Notes under the pieces: generated by a model
Database searches by the model: none
The model's input: only the letters and a program-made list of their open reading frames with translations
Told to the model about the DNA's origin: nothing
Position numbers and translations under genes: made by a program
Part shown: positions 31,445 to 40,563 of the stretch, piece by piece
Numbering within the stretch: the first letter of the stretch is position 1
Layout of the letters: each line of letters opens with the position of its first letter
Assembly (NCBI GenBank): GCA_965227295.1
Contig: OZ245742.1
Coordinates: 5,344,001-5,408,000, forward strand
Direction: 5' to 3'
DNA from: Leptonemataceae bacterium
Lineage (GTDB): Bacteria > Spirochaetota > Leptospiria > Leptospirales > Leptonemataceae
Length of the DNA: 64,000 nt

Positions 31445-31960
31445 ATGCGCGGCGAAGAAGAAAAGCAACCGAGTATCTGGAGTCACGTTTGCGGCAACCA
31501 GCTTCATGAAAGCGATCCGAATCGTGCCGCATATCGCACAGAAGAGCCGGTCCAGCGCCGTCGATTATCGAACCGCCCGCAGCCCCGCCTATGCAAGAAG
31601 TCAACGGCGGCGCAAAGCCGTTGAAGAAATCTTCGGCTGGCTGAAGTCGATCGGTCTGTGCAGGAAGATGCGTTTTCGCGGCCCGCACCGCGTCGGGTGG
31701 ATTTTCCGCTTCGCTGTTGCCGGATTAGAAACCTGGAGTCGCCAGCCGCGTGATTGCAACTATTAACTTGAGAATATTAAGCGTTAGGGATGCACAGAGT
31801 GCCGCACAGCGGCAGTCCGGAGCGCGAAGCGCGGAGGACCGAAGCGAAGCGGAGCCCGGAGCAGCCCGGCGCCCGGCCGGCTTCGCGGCCCGGCCGGGCG
31901 CAACGCCCAAAAGAATATCACTGGTTCCGCTTTCGAATGACTTTTTCAGCAGTCATCTAG
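31445..31960 (+). mobile_element. Internally deleted IS5-family element remnant
   Basis: The ATG at 31445 gives MRGEEEKQPSIWSHV (typical transposase N-terminus). It is followed, out of frame, by the C-terminus VPHIAQ..YARSQRRRKAVEEIFGWLK..RKMRFRG. An end-like GACTTTTTCAGCAG..CTAG lies at 31939-31960. Confidence 0.75.
31781..31908. repeat. Dispersed structured non-coding element, copy 3 (inverted)
   Basis: The reverse complement reads GGGCGTT-[12-bp stem]-CGGGCTGCTCCGGGCTCC...GCATCCCTAACGC. Confidence 0.8.
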
Positions 31961-32471
31961 CCGGGGCGTGCTGTGATGGACCTGCCCCGGGTTCCACGAC
32001 ATTGCGAATATAGTTCATCGTGGCAGGCCCTGCCAGAACCCGGGCCTGCCCCGAAGAATCCAGAATCAGTGCCAACGGCAGAGTCCCGTCCCAGGCCGGA
32101 TACAGACGGTGCGCGGAGCACAGGGCATGATCATCCGGGCCGCAACTCCTTAAGTTCGGAGCATTTTCGCGGAAGATACGGCGCGCAGAAGCTTCGTCCC
32201 GATGGTCGGCCAGGACGGCGAGCACCGCCACGCCGTGGTCTCGCGCCAAATCACGATGCCGTGACAGGATATGGAGTTCTTCGAGGCACGGCCCGCACCA
32301 GGTAGCCCAGAACACAACCAATAGTTCACGCATGCCACTGTCCGCTTTCGCCAGCGCCAGCAGAGCATCGTGGTCTTGCGGGGTCAGTCGCAACGTTTCC
32401 TCATCGGCCGGCCGGCAGACCGGGAAGATCGTCAACAGCAGGAGCAAACCCCAGGGTCGGAGTACCTTCAT
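31953..32471 (-). CDS. TlpA-like thioredoxin-family disulfide reductase
   Basis: VVFWATWCGPCLEE, cis-Pro motif TLP, signal-like N-terminus; ATGA overlap with the kinase stop. Confidence 0.85.
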   Translation of the reverse strand: MKVLRPWGLLLLLTIFPVCRPADEETLRLTPQDHDALLALAKADSGMRELLVVFWATWCGPCLEELHILSRHRDLARDHGVAVLAVLADHRDEASARRIFRENAPNLRSCGPDDHALCSAHRLYPAWDGTLPLALILDSSGQARVLAGPATMNYIRNVVEPGAGPSQHAPAR

Positions 32472-33631
32472 TGCCGAATTCCCTTTCCTTGAACCGGGAT
32501 TTCTGTTTTCCGTCCGTCTTTCCGGGCCACGGGAAGGCTGATCCGGAAGATCGTGCCGTGACCGGGCCGGGATTTGAAACTGATGTTGCCGCCGTGAATT
32601 TGAGCGATCTTCTTGCAGCTCGCCAGACCGATGCCGGTGCCCTCGTACTCTCCCACGCCGTGCAGGCGCTGAAAAATTTCGAACACGCGCGCTGCGTAGG
32701 CCTCTTCAATGCCAATGCCGTTGTCTTCGACCTCAATGTCGACGAGGCCGTCTCGCCCGGCCGGTACGGCGCGAATCCGGACCACGGGGGGAACGTTTCG
32801 GCGAAACTTAATCGCATTGGCAAATAGATTCTGAAAGAGTATGCGGATCAATGACGCATCGCCGTGAATCTCCGGCAAGGGCCCGACCTCCACATCGGCA
32901 TCGGTAGACTTTAAGGCATGGCGAAGATCACTGAGCGCGGCTTCCACGGCTTCCCGCAGGGAAAAATCCTGCATGGGCTTGCGACCCCGGCCCAGACGCG
33001 AATACGCAAGCAAATCATCGATCAGGGCTCGCATGCGGGCCAGACCACTCCGGATGAATTCAACATACTGGATCGTCTTCTCATCGGTGGCCTGCTTGTG
33101 GCGCTCCACCAGCAGATCGACAAAGCTACCGACGGTGCGCAGCGGTTCCTTGAGGTCGTGCGAGGCGACGTAGGCAAACTGTTCCAGTTCGGCGTTGGAC
33201 TGGCTCAGTTCCGTGTTCGCCTCCGCCAGCTCCACGTTTGCCTGCGAAAGCTGGCGCGGACTGGGGACCCGCAGGAGGTGTGGAATCAAGGGCCACAGGA
33301 GTATCGCGGTGGCGATGGACAGGACTGCCGTGAGTGCCTTCAGCACACCCTCCGCACGATAGACCGGATTCCAGAGCACGAAGATGTTTACAAAATGGTT
33401 GATGCCGCACGCTACAATGAATAGCGCGAACAACCATAGCGGCCACCGCACTTCCAGGTCCGATCGACGCACGGCAAAGTATACGAGTGCGAACGGAATC
33501 GAAAGATACGAAAGACCGATGGCCGTGTCCGAAACGACATGCAGCCAGAGAATCTCCGGCAGCCACATGTAGCAGTGCCCGTGGGGCATGAACTGTTCCT
33601 GCTCCAGTAAACGAAAAAAGAAATCCATCAT
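32468..33631 (-). CDS. Sensor histidine kinase with ethylene-receptor-like TM domain
   Basis: FMPHGHCY..SDTAIGLSYLSIP..FIVACGINH N-terminal domain; H-box ASHDLKEPL, N-box NLFANAIKF, G1 DNGIG, G2 GTGIGL. Confidence 0.88.
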   Translation of the reverse strand: MMDFFFRLLEQEQFMPHGHCYMWLPEILWLHVVSDTAIGLSYLSIPFALVYFAVRRSDLEVRWPLWLFALFIVACGINHFVNIFVLWNPVYRAEGVLKALTAVLSIATAILLWPLIPHLLRVPSPRQLSQANVELAEANTELSQSNAELEQFAYVASHDLKEPLRTVGSFVDLLVERHKQATDEKTIQYVEFIRSGLARMRALIDDLLAYSRLGRGRKPMQDFSLREAVEAALSDLRHALKSTDADVEVGPLPEIHGDASLIRILFQNLFANAIKFRRNVPPVVRIRAVPAGRDGLVDIEVEDNGIGIEEAYAARVFEIFQRLHGVGEYEGTGIGLASCKKIAQIHGGNISFKSRPGHGTIFRISLPVARKDGRKTEIPVQGKGIRQ

Positions 33632-33658
33632 CCAGGTACTCCTGACGCCATAGTAGCC

Positions 33659-34618
33659 TCAATCGTCGTTCGTACGGCCCGCGGGGACCCGCCAACGATC
33701 CATGACCTTCACGGCCTGCTCTACGTGGTGCGAGATCTCTTCCGCTCTCTCACGAAAGAGAGCAGGATGATTCTCCCGGTCATCAATCGACTCATGGATC
33801 AGGCTGGCGGCCTCCCGAATGGCCCGCAACGGCTGCTCCATTTCCTGGACGATTCTATGCTCCACTCGCTTCTTCTCGGTGATATCCCAGGCAACGACCA
33901 TGCGCGCCGAATCCATGGAGAATGCACCCTCGATCGCGCTGACGATCTCTTCCACGTAGAAACTCTCGCCGCCCACCGAACAGTAGCGGCGTTCTGTTAT
34001 AGTACCGAGGGGAGCGCCGGCAAGAGGCTCATCGGGACGCAAATCTTCGAGTCGCCTGCCGATTACCTGCGAAGCCGTGTCTGCCTTAAACAAGAGGACC
34101 CCGGCATCGTTTACGAATTCTATGCGATCTTGTTCGACCAGAAAGATGGCGTTCGGGGAGTTCTGCACGACCGCGCGGTAGCTCCGCTCACTCTTACGCA
34201 CCGAAGCGACCATGCGCTGGCGTTCCAATGCGTATCGCAGAGCCCGCAACATCGTCTGCGCCGTATCGGAACCTTTGATAAGATAATCCTGGGCGCCGAG
34301 CTTCAGCGACTCCATGGCAAGATTATTGTCTTCCATGCCGGTCAAAACGATGACGGGCTGCTCGGAGAAAGTTATGCGCGCCCGGCGAACGGTATCGATG
34401 CCCCTGGACTCGGGCAGACTCAGGTCCAGCAGCACGATATCATAATTTACGACCCGGGCCAGGTGTTCGGCTTCAGTCAGGTTTCGCGCGACCTGAAGCG
34501 ATGGCGGCGCATGCCCGGCGGGAACAAAGCTATCTTGAATCAGCTCCTGTAACTGAAACGCGTCCGCTGGATTATCTTCGATGATCAGGACGGATGTATT
34601 ACTGATGTCGGAGATCAC
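33659..34618 (-). CDS. Response regulator: receiver - PAS - degenerate HisKA-like tail
   Basis: IIEDN, LLDLSLP, VLTG, DYLIKG; PAS (FVNDAG); tail IVQEMEQPL. Confidence 0.85.
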   Translation of the reverse strand: MISDISNTSVLIIEDNPADAFQLQELIQDSFVPAGHAPPSLQVARNLTEAEHLARVVNYDIVLLDLSLPESRGIDTVRRARITFSEQPVIVLTGMEDNNLAMESLKLGAQDYLIKGSDTAQTMLRALRYALERQRMVASVRKSERSYRAVVQNSPNAIFLVEQDRIEFVNDAGVLLFKADTASQVIGRRLEDLRPDEPLAGAPLGTITERRYCSVGGESFYVEEIVSAIEGAFSMDSARMVVAWDITEKKRVEHRIVQEMEQPLRAIREAASLIHESIDDRENHPALFRERAEEISHHVEQAVKVMDRWRVPAGRTNDD

Positions 34619-35067
34619 ACTTCGCCTCTGACATGATCCCCCGAGCGCGGCAAACGCGCGACGAAAATCCAGAACTCTTCGATGGCGGCGACGACGCGGT
34701 GGAAACTTTCAAGACTCACGGGTTTCTGAATAAATGAGTTCGCGTGCCACCGATAGGAAGCGAGAACGTCCTGGTCTGAACTCGAGGTGGTCAGTATGAC
34801 TACGGGGATGCACTTGAGGGCTTCGTCTTGTTTTACGCGCTGTAGGATTTCGAGGCCGTTGATCTTCGGTAAGTTCAGATCCAGAAGAATGAGATCCGGA
34901 CATCGCCTTTCGCCCCGGCGGGCCTCTTCGAGCTTCCGCCAGGCGGCAGCGCCGTCCTCCGCAACATCCAGGTCGTAGTTATTTAATTTTCCGGCCAGAG
35001 CCTCCCGCGTAAGGACAATATCCGCGGGATTGTCTTCGATCAGGAAAATGTTGAATCCAGAATCCAT
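34615..35067 (-). CDS. Single-domain response regulator (Rcp1-like)
   Basis: LIEDNPAD, PDLILLDLNLPK, VVILTTS, ANSFIQKP, IEEFW. Confidence 0.92.
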   Translation of the reverse strand: MDSGFNIFLIEDNPADIVLTREALAGKLNNYDLDVAEDGAAAWRKLEEARRGERRCPDLILLDLNLPKINGLEILQRVKQDEALKCIPVVILTTSSSDQDVLASYRWHANSFIQKPVSLESFHRVVAAIEEFWIFVARLPRSGDHVRGEV

Positions 35068-35344
35068 GCAAATATTGCAGCTACGATAGAGTCCTCACCC
35101 GATCAGATGTATTAAGATCAGAAAAAAGCTGCAAAAGACCACTGTTTTTACGAGGAGTCAAAGCGGGTATATCCTCAGCCCTCGATCTGACCAGAATTGA
35201 TCCATGCGGACCACTCCGCAAATACTAAACTCGCCAGACAAAAGGCCTACTTTCGCAAAATCGCGAAACCGTCATCGATTCTTCATCGTCCACTGAAAGG
35301 TTTGTGTTATCGATACAAGCGGACAACCGAACCAGGAGGGCGAC

Positions 35345-35746
35345 ATGAACAACGGCGACAATCAAACCGATATCCGATCACTCAAAACGGCGGTGCAACT
35401 GCTACAGGAACGGCGGCGCGAACCGCGGGAACGCATCCTCTACGACGACCCCGCGCGCATCTATCTGGAGTTAGGCGTCTTTCAAAAACCAAGGCGGGTC
35501 GGGCGGCCGGACGACTCCGCCGACGACGTCTTCGTCGAAGCGGAAGTCGTGGATCTTTCGTCGCGTGGATGCAGCCTGCTCTTTCGCGATCCGCGGGTCT
35601 TGCTGGACGAGTACTCGCTGTGCCTGGTCGAACTGCCGGAGCACATGAGCGAAGACGAACCGCTGCGACTGGCGATGCTACGCTGGAGCATCGTGCCGGA
35701 TCAGGGCGAGCCGGAAGTCATCAACGCCGGCTTCGAGTTTCTCTGA
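35345..35746 (+). CDS. PilZ-like domain protein
   Basis: RREPR (RxxxR) and DLSSRG (DxSxxG), ending AGFEF; GGAGG RBS. Confidence 0.75.
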   Translation: MNNGDNQTDIRSLKTAVQLLQERRREPRERILYDDPARIYLELGVFQKPRRVGRPDDSADDVFVEAEVVDLSSRGCSLLFRDPRVLLDEYSLCLVELPEHMSEDEPLRLAMLRWSIVPDQGEPEVINAGFEFL

Positions 35747-35787
35747 TTTTCGATATACAACGCGCGCATTCGGGCGAAGCTGCGCCC

Positions 35788-36375
35788 ATGCCTGAGCTGA
35801 GTTCGATCTGCGTATTCTGCGGCTCCAGTCCGGGGCTACGGCCGATCTATCTGGAAGCCGCGGCGGAGCTGGGTTCCACGCTGGTGCGGCGAAAGATCGA
35901 TCTCGTCTACGGCGGCGCGGACGTCGGTGTGATGGGACACATCGCCCATGCGGTGCTGGAACGCGGCGGTCGCGTCACCGGTGTGATTCCGCAGAGCCTC
36001 GTGGAAAAAGAGGTCGCCTACAAAGAACTCGCCGATCTGCAAATCGTCGGTTCCATGCACGAACGCAAGGCACGCATGAACGATCTGAGCGACGGCTTCA
36101 TTGCACTGCCCGGCGGCCTCGGCACGCTGGAAGAACTCGCCGAGATCCTTACCTGGGCCCAACTCGGCTTTCACAGCAAACCCATCGGCGTCTGGAACGT
36201 GGAGGGTTACTTCAACGGCCTCCTGGATTTTGTGCAGCACATGGTCCGCGAAAAATTCATGAAGCCCATGAACCTGGACCTGCTGCTGCACGACACGGAC
36301 ATCGAACGCCTGCTTGATCGCATGGCGGACTACGAACCGCCGGCGGATATTCGCAGGTGGATGGAAGTGCCGTGA
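35788..36375 (+). CDS. LOG family nucleotide phosphoribohydrolase (TIGR00730-like)
   Basis: ICVFCGSS, LVYGG, MHERKA, PGGLGTLEE. Confidence 0.93.
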   Translation: MPELSSICVFCGSSPGLRPIYLEAAAELGSTLVRRKIDLVYGGADVGVMGHIAHAVLERGGRVTGVIPQSLVEKEVAYKELADLQIVGSMHERKARMNDLSDGFIALPGGLGTLEELAEILTWAQLGFHSKPIGVWNVEGYFNGLLDFVQHMVREKFMKPMNLDLLLHDTDIERLLDRMADYEPPADIRRWMEVP

Positions 36376-36408
36376 GCAAGGATTGCTTGCATCACTCATG
36401 GAAGGAGG

Positions 36409-36864
36409 CTAAATCGAATCTGAACTGAAATAGAGGACAATGAAATACGCAAGCAAGTATAGCCAAACGACCAGGAAACCAAACGCGAGAACCTTTAGAG
36501 CCGTAGTTATCGATATTGCCAGCTTGCGACCCTCACCGATATCCCGCGAAGCCTGCACAAATGTACCGCCGCTTTCGCCGAACAAGTCTGCTTCGAATTT
36601 TACGACAAGCTTTCGCCACTGCCTCTGAAGCATTTGGCCGGCATGGATCACCCAGATCCAGATAATTGCGATAAAGGTTCCGACAAGGCCGATGAGAATG
36701 GAATTAGGAACCCCGAATTTCGATTCAGACTGTAGCACTACTGCGAGTAGACCGGATTGCACTAAGAGAAAGAAATTGTTTCGTGTCCAGATCAACGACG
36801 GATGCTGACGCAATTGATTCAACGCTTCCTGGTAAATTAAGAGCTTCCTTTCCTGCGCCTTCAT
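36409..36864 (-). CDS. Small 3-TM hypothetical protein with atypically low GC
   Basis: Y..A...LIWTRNNFFLLVQSGLL pattern; three hydrophobic segments; AAGGA RBS. Confidence 0.7.
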   Translation of the reverse strand: MKAQERKLLIYQEALNQLRQHPSLIWTRNNFFLLVQSGLLAVVLQSESKFGVPNSILIGLVGTFIAIIWIWVIHAGQMLQRQWRKLVVKFEADLFGESGGTFVQASRDIGEGRKLAISITTALKVLAFGFLVVWLYLLAYFIVLYFSSDSI

Positions 36865-37015
36865 CGTTTCCTTAATATTCGGGGCCCGCTATCACATCGA
36901 TGTCAATAAAAATTCAGATTCGGCTACGCCCTCCAACCCAACGCCGGTTTTGCATAACACAACGAATCCGATACCCGCTTGCCAGCAGCCTGCTATCGCA
37001 CAAAAGTAGCCAGAG

Positions 37016-39550
37016 ATGAATGAATTCGGCCTGAACGAACTGGGCGCCCTGGTCCTCCTGCTCTCGGGTGCCGTCGTAATTTTTTCCATACTAATGGCGC
37101 TGCTCGGAATGTCCCTGCCCCTGGAACGCAGCCTCAGCCGCTCACTGATCCTCGAGGTCCTCGACCGCGGTCGGCGCGGGCGGGGTTCCCTGGCCCACGG
37201 CTTCGCGCGTTCCGTGCTGGGCATCTGGCGGCCGGTCAAGCTCGCGATCTTGCGACACAGCGGCATCGGCACCCAGGCCATGGCCCTGGAACTAAGTCGC
37301 CGCGCCTTCTACGTGAACCTCTCGTTGGCCGGCCTGGCCATGACGATCCTGTTCAGCCTCATGTGGATGAACGATCTCACCAACATGTACGTGGCGAACC
37401 ACTCCTCCGCGGACCTGCCGGTCTTCTTTCGCATCACGGCGGCCTGGGCCGGTTCCAGCGGATCGCTGCTGTTCTGGTACTTCCTGCTCACGTTGTTTAC
37501 GGCCGTCGTCATCTACCAGACGCGCAACAAACTCTTCAATCGCCTGCCGGCGCTGTTTCTGATCTTAGGTACACTTCAGTTATTGTTTGTACTGCTGAAT
37601 CTCTTTTTCGAAGACGCGCAACCCTTTCGAGAGTACCAGGCCGAAGTCCTGGCCGGCCGGGGCATCAACCCGCTGCTGTTGCACTGGGCCATGATCATCC
37701 ACCCGCCCATCCTCTACGTCGGTTACGTGAGCTTCGCGATTCCCTTCGCCATCGCCATGGCCGCCGTCATCTCCGGCAATCTGCGCGACGACTGGTTGCC
37801 GCTCATGCGCCGCTGGTCGATCTTCGCGTGGTTCTTCCTGGGGACCGGCATTCTTTTAGGCAGCAAGTGGGCCTACGAAGAACTCGGCTGGGGCGGCTAC
37901 TGGGCCTGGGACCCCGTCGAGAACGCGTCGCTCATGCCCTTCTTACTCGCGACGGCGTTCCTGCATTCGCTCATCGTTCAGGAACGTCGCGGCATGTTGA
38001 AGTTCTGGAACGTCATCTTAATTACCGCCGCCTATCACATGTGCCTCACGGGAACCTGGATCACACGCAGCGGCGTGCTTGAAGGACCGCACTCATTCGC
38101 CGAGTCCACCATCGGCACACCGATGATCGTCTACATCCTGGTGAGTTTCGCCTTTTACATGCGCTACGTTTACTTCCAGCGCCTGCGACTGCGACCGGAT
38201 CATAAGATGGAGCACCTGACTTCGAAAGAAGGCAGCATGCTGCTCAACAACCTGCTCATGGCCCTGGCCATGCTGGTCGTACTCGTCGGCGTGTTTTCGC
38301 CGTTGTTGCCGCTGGACTGTCGTTTCGACGAGGGCTTCGTCTGTCACAAGGTCGAGTGGAAACAGAGCGCGTACAACAAACTCATGGTCCCCATCGGCAT
38401 CCTGACGCTCTTTCTCATGGGCGCCTCGCCGTTGTTGTCCTGGCGGCGACCGGCCTGGGAAGTCTGGAAAAAGACCCTGCGCTGGCCTGTGCTCGCCGGA
38501 ATCATCGGCGGCGTGGTCTTCGCGCTGATCTACGGCTTTCTGTTCACCCGCGCCGCCGGGGCGGACCGCAGTTCCTGGGGACCAGGCATTTTCGCGGACG
38601 TCTTTTCGATCCTCACCGTGGCCGTGGCCGTCTTCGTCATCGTCGGCCTGGGGATGGAATATCGCCTGGGCGTAAAGTCGCGCATGATTCGCTTCGGCGA
38701 GAACCCGGTCTTAGCTCTCATTCGTTTGATCTTACGCAACAAACGTCGCTACGGCGGATACCTGGTGCACCTGTCGGTGGTGTTTCTGTTCGTAGGTTAT
38801 GCCGGCGGTACCTTTAAGAAAACGGACAAGTTCGAGTTTCATTACGTGCTCACCCCCTGGCATCCGGAAGACGACGCCGTGCGTTACTACAGCGGCGACA
38901 AGGCTTATCTCGAAAACTACGAGATCGAAGCCCGGGACCTCTTTCTCCGCCCCGAGTTCAAAGAACACGCCGATCCGGCGAATCCCGTTTACTTCACCAT
39001 CGCACAGGAAGCGCACTTTCATATTCAGCAGGGCGGTGCAAAACACAGCTACATGCGTGAAGACGAACGCCGGCCCGACGAGGTATCCCCGCTGGCCTTC
39101 GCGAACCGGCCGCATTCCACGTTCGCGAACCTGGTGAAGACCACGACCGGCTACGTCCTGGACGGGCGCATGAAGACCGAACGCCACTTCCATCCGCAGA
39201 TCGATCCGGCTTCCGGCCGGGTACTGCGCGACCGCTCCGCCCGGGCCCGGCACACACCCACGTCCGAGCCGGACATCCGCAGCACCTGGTACGAGGACAT
39301 CTACATTCAGCTTGGCTCCATCTACGATCCGGCGGCCGAAAACAACCCGGACCTCAATCACATGTACGAGTTTTATTACTACGGCAGTGACCGCGGTCCG
39401 GAGATGTACGGCAGCATCTTCCCGCGGACGATTACGGCCACGCTGGAAGTATGGATCAACCCGCTGGTGAAATTCATCTGGCTGGGCTCGGTGTTGTTTT
39501 TCCTGAGCGGCCTGTTGATTCTGTTGCCCTTCGGAGAGCGGGATCTGTAA
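37016..39550 (+). CDS. ccmF: Cytochrome c heme lyase CcmF
   Basis: AAWAGSSGSLLFW, IHPPILYVGY, WAYEELGWGGYWAWDPVENAS, YGGYLVH, NPLVKFIWLG. Confidence 0.95.
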   Translation: MNEFGLNELGALVLLLSGAVVIFSILMALLGMSLPLERSLSRSLILEVLDRGRRGRGSLAHGFARSVLGIWRPVKLAILRHSGIGTQAMALELSRRAFYVNLSLAGLAMTILFSLMWMNDLTNMYVANHSSADLPVFFRITAAWAGSSGSLLFWYFLLTLFTAVVIYQTRNKLFNRLPALFLILGTLQLLFVLLNLFFEDAQPFREYQAEVLAGRGINPLLLHWAMIIHPPILYVGYVSFAIPFAIAMAAVISGNLRDDWLPLMRRWSIFAWFFLGTGILLGSKWAYEELGWGGYWAWDPVENASLMPFLLATAFLHSLIVQERRGMLKFWNVILITAAYHMCLTGTWITRSGVLEGPHSFAESTIGTPMIVYILVSFAFYMRYVYFQRLRLRPDHKMEHLTSKEGSMLLNNLLMALAMLVVLVGVFSPLLPLDCRFDEGFVCHKVEWKQSAYNKLMVPIGILTLFLMGASPLLSWRRPAWEVWKKTLRWPVLAGIIGGVVFALIYGFLFTRAAGADRSSWGPGIFADVFSILTVAVAVFVIVGLGMEYRLGVKSRMIRFGENPVLALIRLILRNKRRYGGYLVHLSVVFLFVGYAGGTFKKTDKFEFHYVLTPWHPEDDAVRYYSGDKAYLENYEIEARDLFLRPEFKEHADPANPVYFTIAQEAHFHIQQGGAKHSYMREDERRPDEVSPLAFANRPHSTFANLVKTTTGYVLDGRMKTERHFHPQIDPASGRVLRDRSARARHTPTSEPDIRSTWYEDIYIQLGSIYDPAAENNPDLNHMYEFYYYGSDRGPEMYGSIFPRTITATLEVWINPLVKFIWLGSVLFFLSGLLILLPFGERDL

Positions 39551-39622
39551 AAAATTGTTAGCAAAATTACGATCACCGCGTCAGTGTGGACTACCATGAT
39601 TCGCCGGACGAGTGCCGTTAGT

Positions 39623-39886
39623 ATGATCCAGAAAATCCTTCAATACTACATCCTGCCGCTGTTGCTGATTGCCGCGCTCCTGCTCGGTTGCGGCTACACC
39701 GATTGCACCGAGGAATCCGACGAACGCGCGACGTGCATCACCCTGCTGTCCGTGGCGGCGCTGAGCCGTTATCCCACCAGTTCTTCGACGGATGCGGAGA
39801 TCGCCCTCTCGTTCCAGACGTCCGCGTCCATCATCCTGCTCGCGCCGTTTATTTGCGAAGAACAGGTGGCCGAGGTTTGCCGCTGA
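39623..39886 (+). CDS. Small Cys-rich lipoprotein
   Basis: Signal peptide ending LLLGC, followed by four more Cys. Confidence 0.6.
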   Translation: MIQKILQYYILPLLLIAALLLGCGYTDCTEESDERATCITLLSVAALSRYPTSSSTDAEIALSFQTSASIILLAPFICEEQVAEVCR

Positions 39887-39912
39887 GGCGGTTTCGTCAC
39901 TACGTTATCGTC

Positions 39913-40563
39913 ATGCGATTCGGCCTCGTTCGTTTCGGCCGCGCCCTGCTCCGGCGTGTGCCGCACATCCTGCTCGCCGGCCTGCTGGTGTACATTGCCA
40001 TGCCGATCTGGCTGCCCCTCGTTCCCGTACACAACGCCCGTCACCGGCACGCGCACACGCTGCACGCCCAGAACGTATACACGAATCTACAAAACCCCGC
40101 GCACATTAAAATCTTCAACGAAGTCTCCGACGGCGTGGTCTGCCAGTGCGGCTGCAATTTCGTACTGAGCAGTTGTCCGCACGTCGAATGCCCCTGGGGC
40201 ATTCCGGCGCGACGTTTCATTGAAGCACAGATCCAGGGCGGCATGGGAGCCGAAGAAATCCTCAGCAAAATGGATAAAGGCTTCGGCGCCGGCGTTCGCG
40301 AGCAGGCGATCAGCCAGGCCCTGATCGCCGCCGGACGCGAGGACATCGTCAACGGCATGATCGCCGGCTGGGGCCCCGAAATTCGCGCCCACGCGTCACC
40401 GATCCCGCTGATCGCCGTCATCGTGCTCGGCCTGACCCTGGCCGTCTGGCTCTTCGTCTACTGGCGCCGGCGGAACTACGACGCGAGCCATGGCGGGCAG
40501 ACCACGGATACCCCGCAATCCGACGATGCCTGGCTGGACCGCGTTCGCGACATCGACCGATGA
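39913..40563 (+). CDS. ccmH: CcmH-like cytochrome c biogenesis protein
   Basis: VVCQCGCNFVLSSCPHVECP, FIEAQI..G..EEI and a C-terminal TM; located in the ccm cluster. Confidence 0.7.
   Translation: MRFGLVRFGRALLRRVPHILLAGLLVYIAMPIWLPLVPVHNARHRHAHTLHAQNVYTNLQNPAHIKIFNEVSDGVVCQCGCNFVLSSCPHVECPWGIPARRFIEAQIQGGMGAEEILSKMDKGFGAGVREQAISQALIAAGREDIVNGMIAGWGPEIRAHASPIPLIAVIVLGLTLAVWLFVYWRRRNYDASHGGQTTDTPQSDDAWLDRVRDIDR

Noticed and set aside
31272..31766. 164-aa ORF as an intact transposase
   Set aside because: Only the C-terminal ~70 aa resemble a transposase. The start lies inside the lipoprotein gene and the catalytic core is absent.
35197..35787. N-terminal 197-aa extension of the LOG ORF
   Set aside because: It overlaps a better-supported PilZ-like gene in another frame. 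LOG homology starts at the ATG at 35788.
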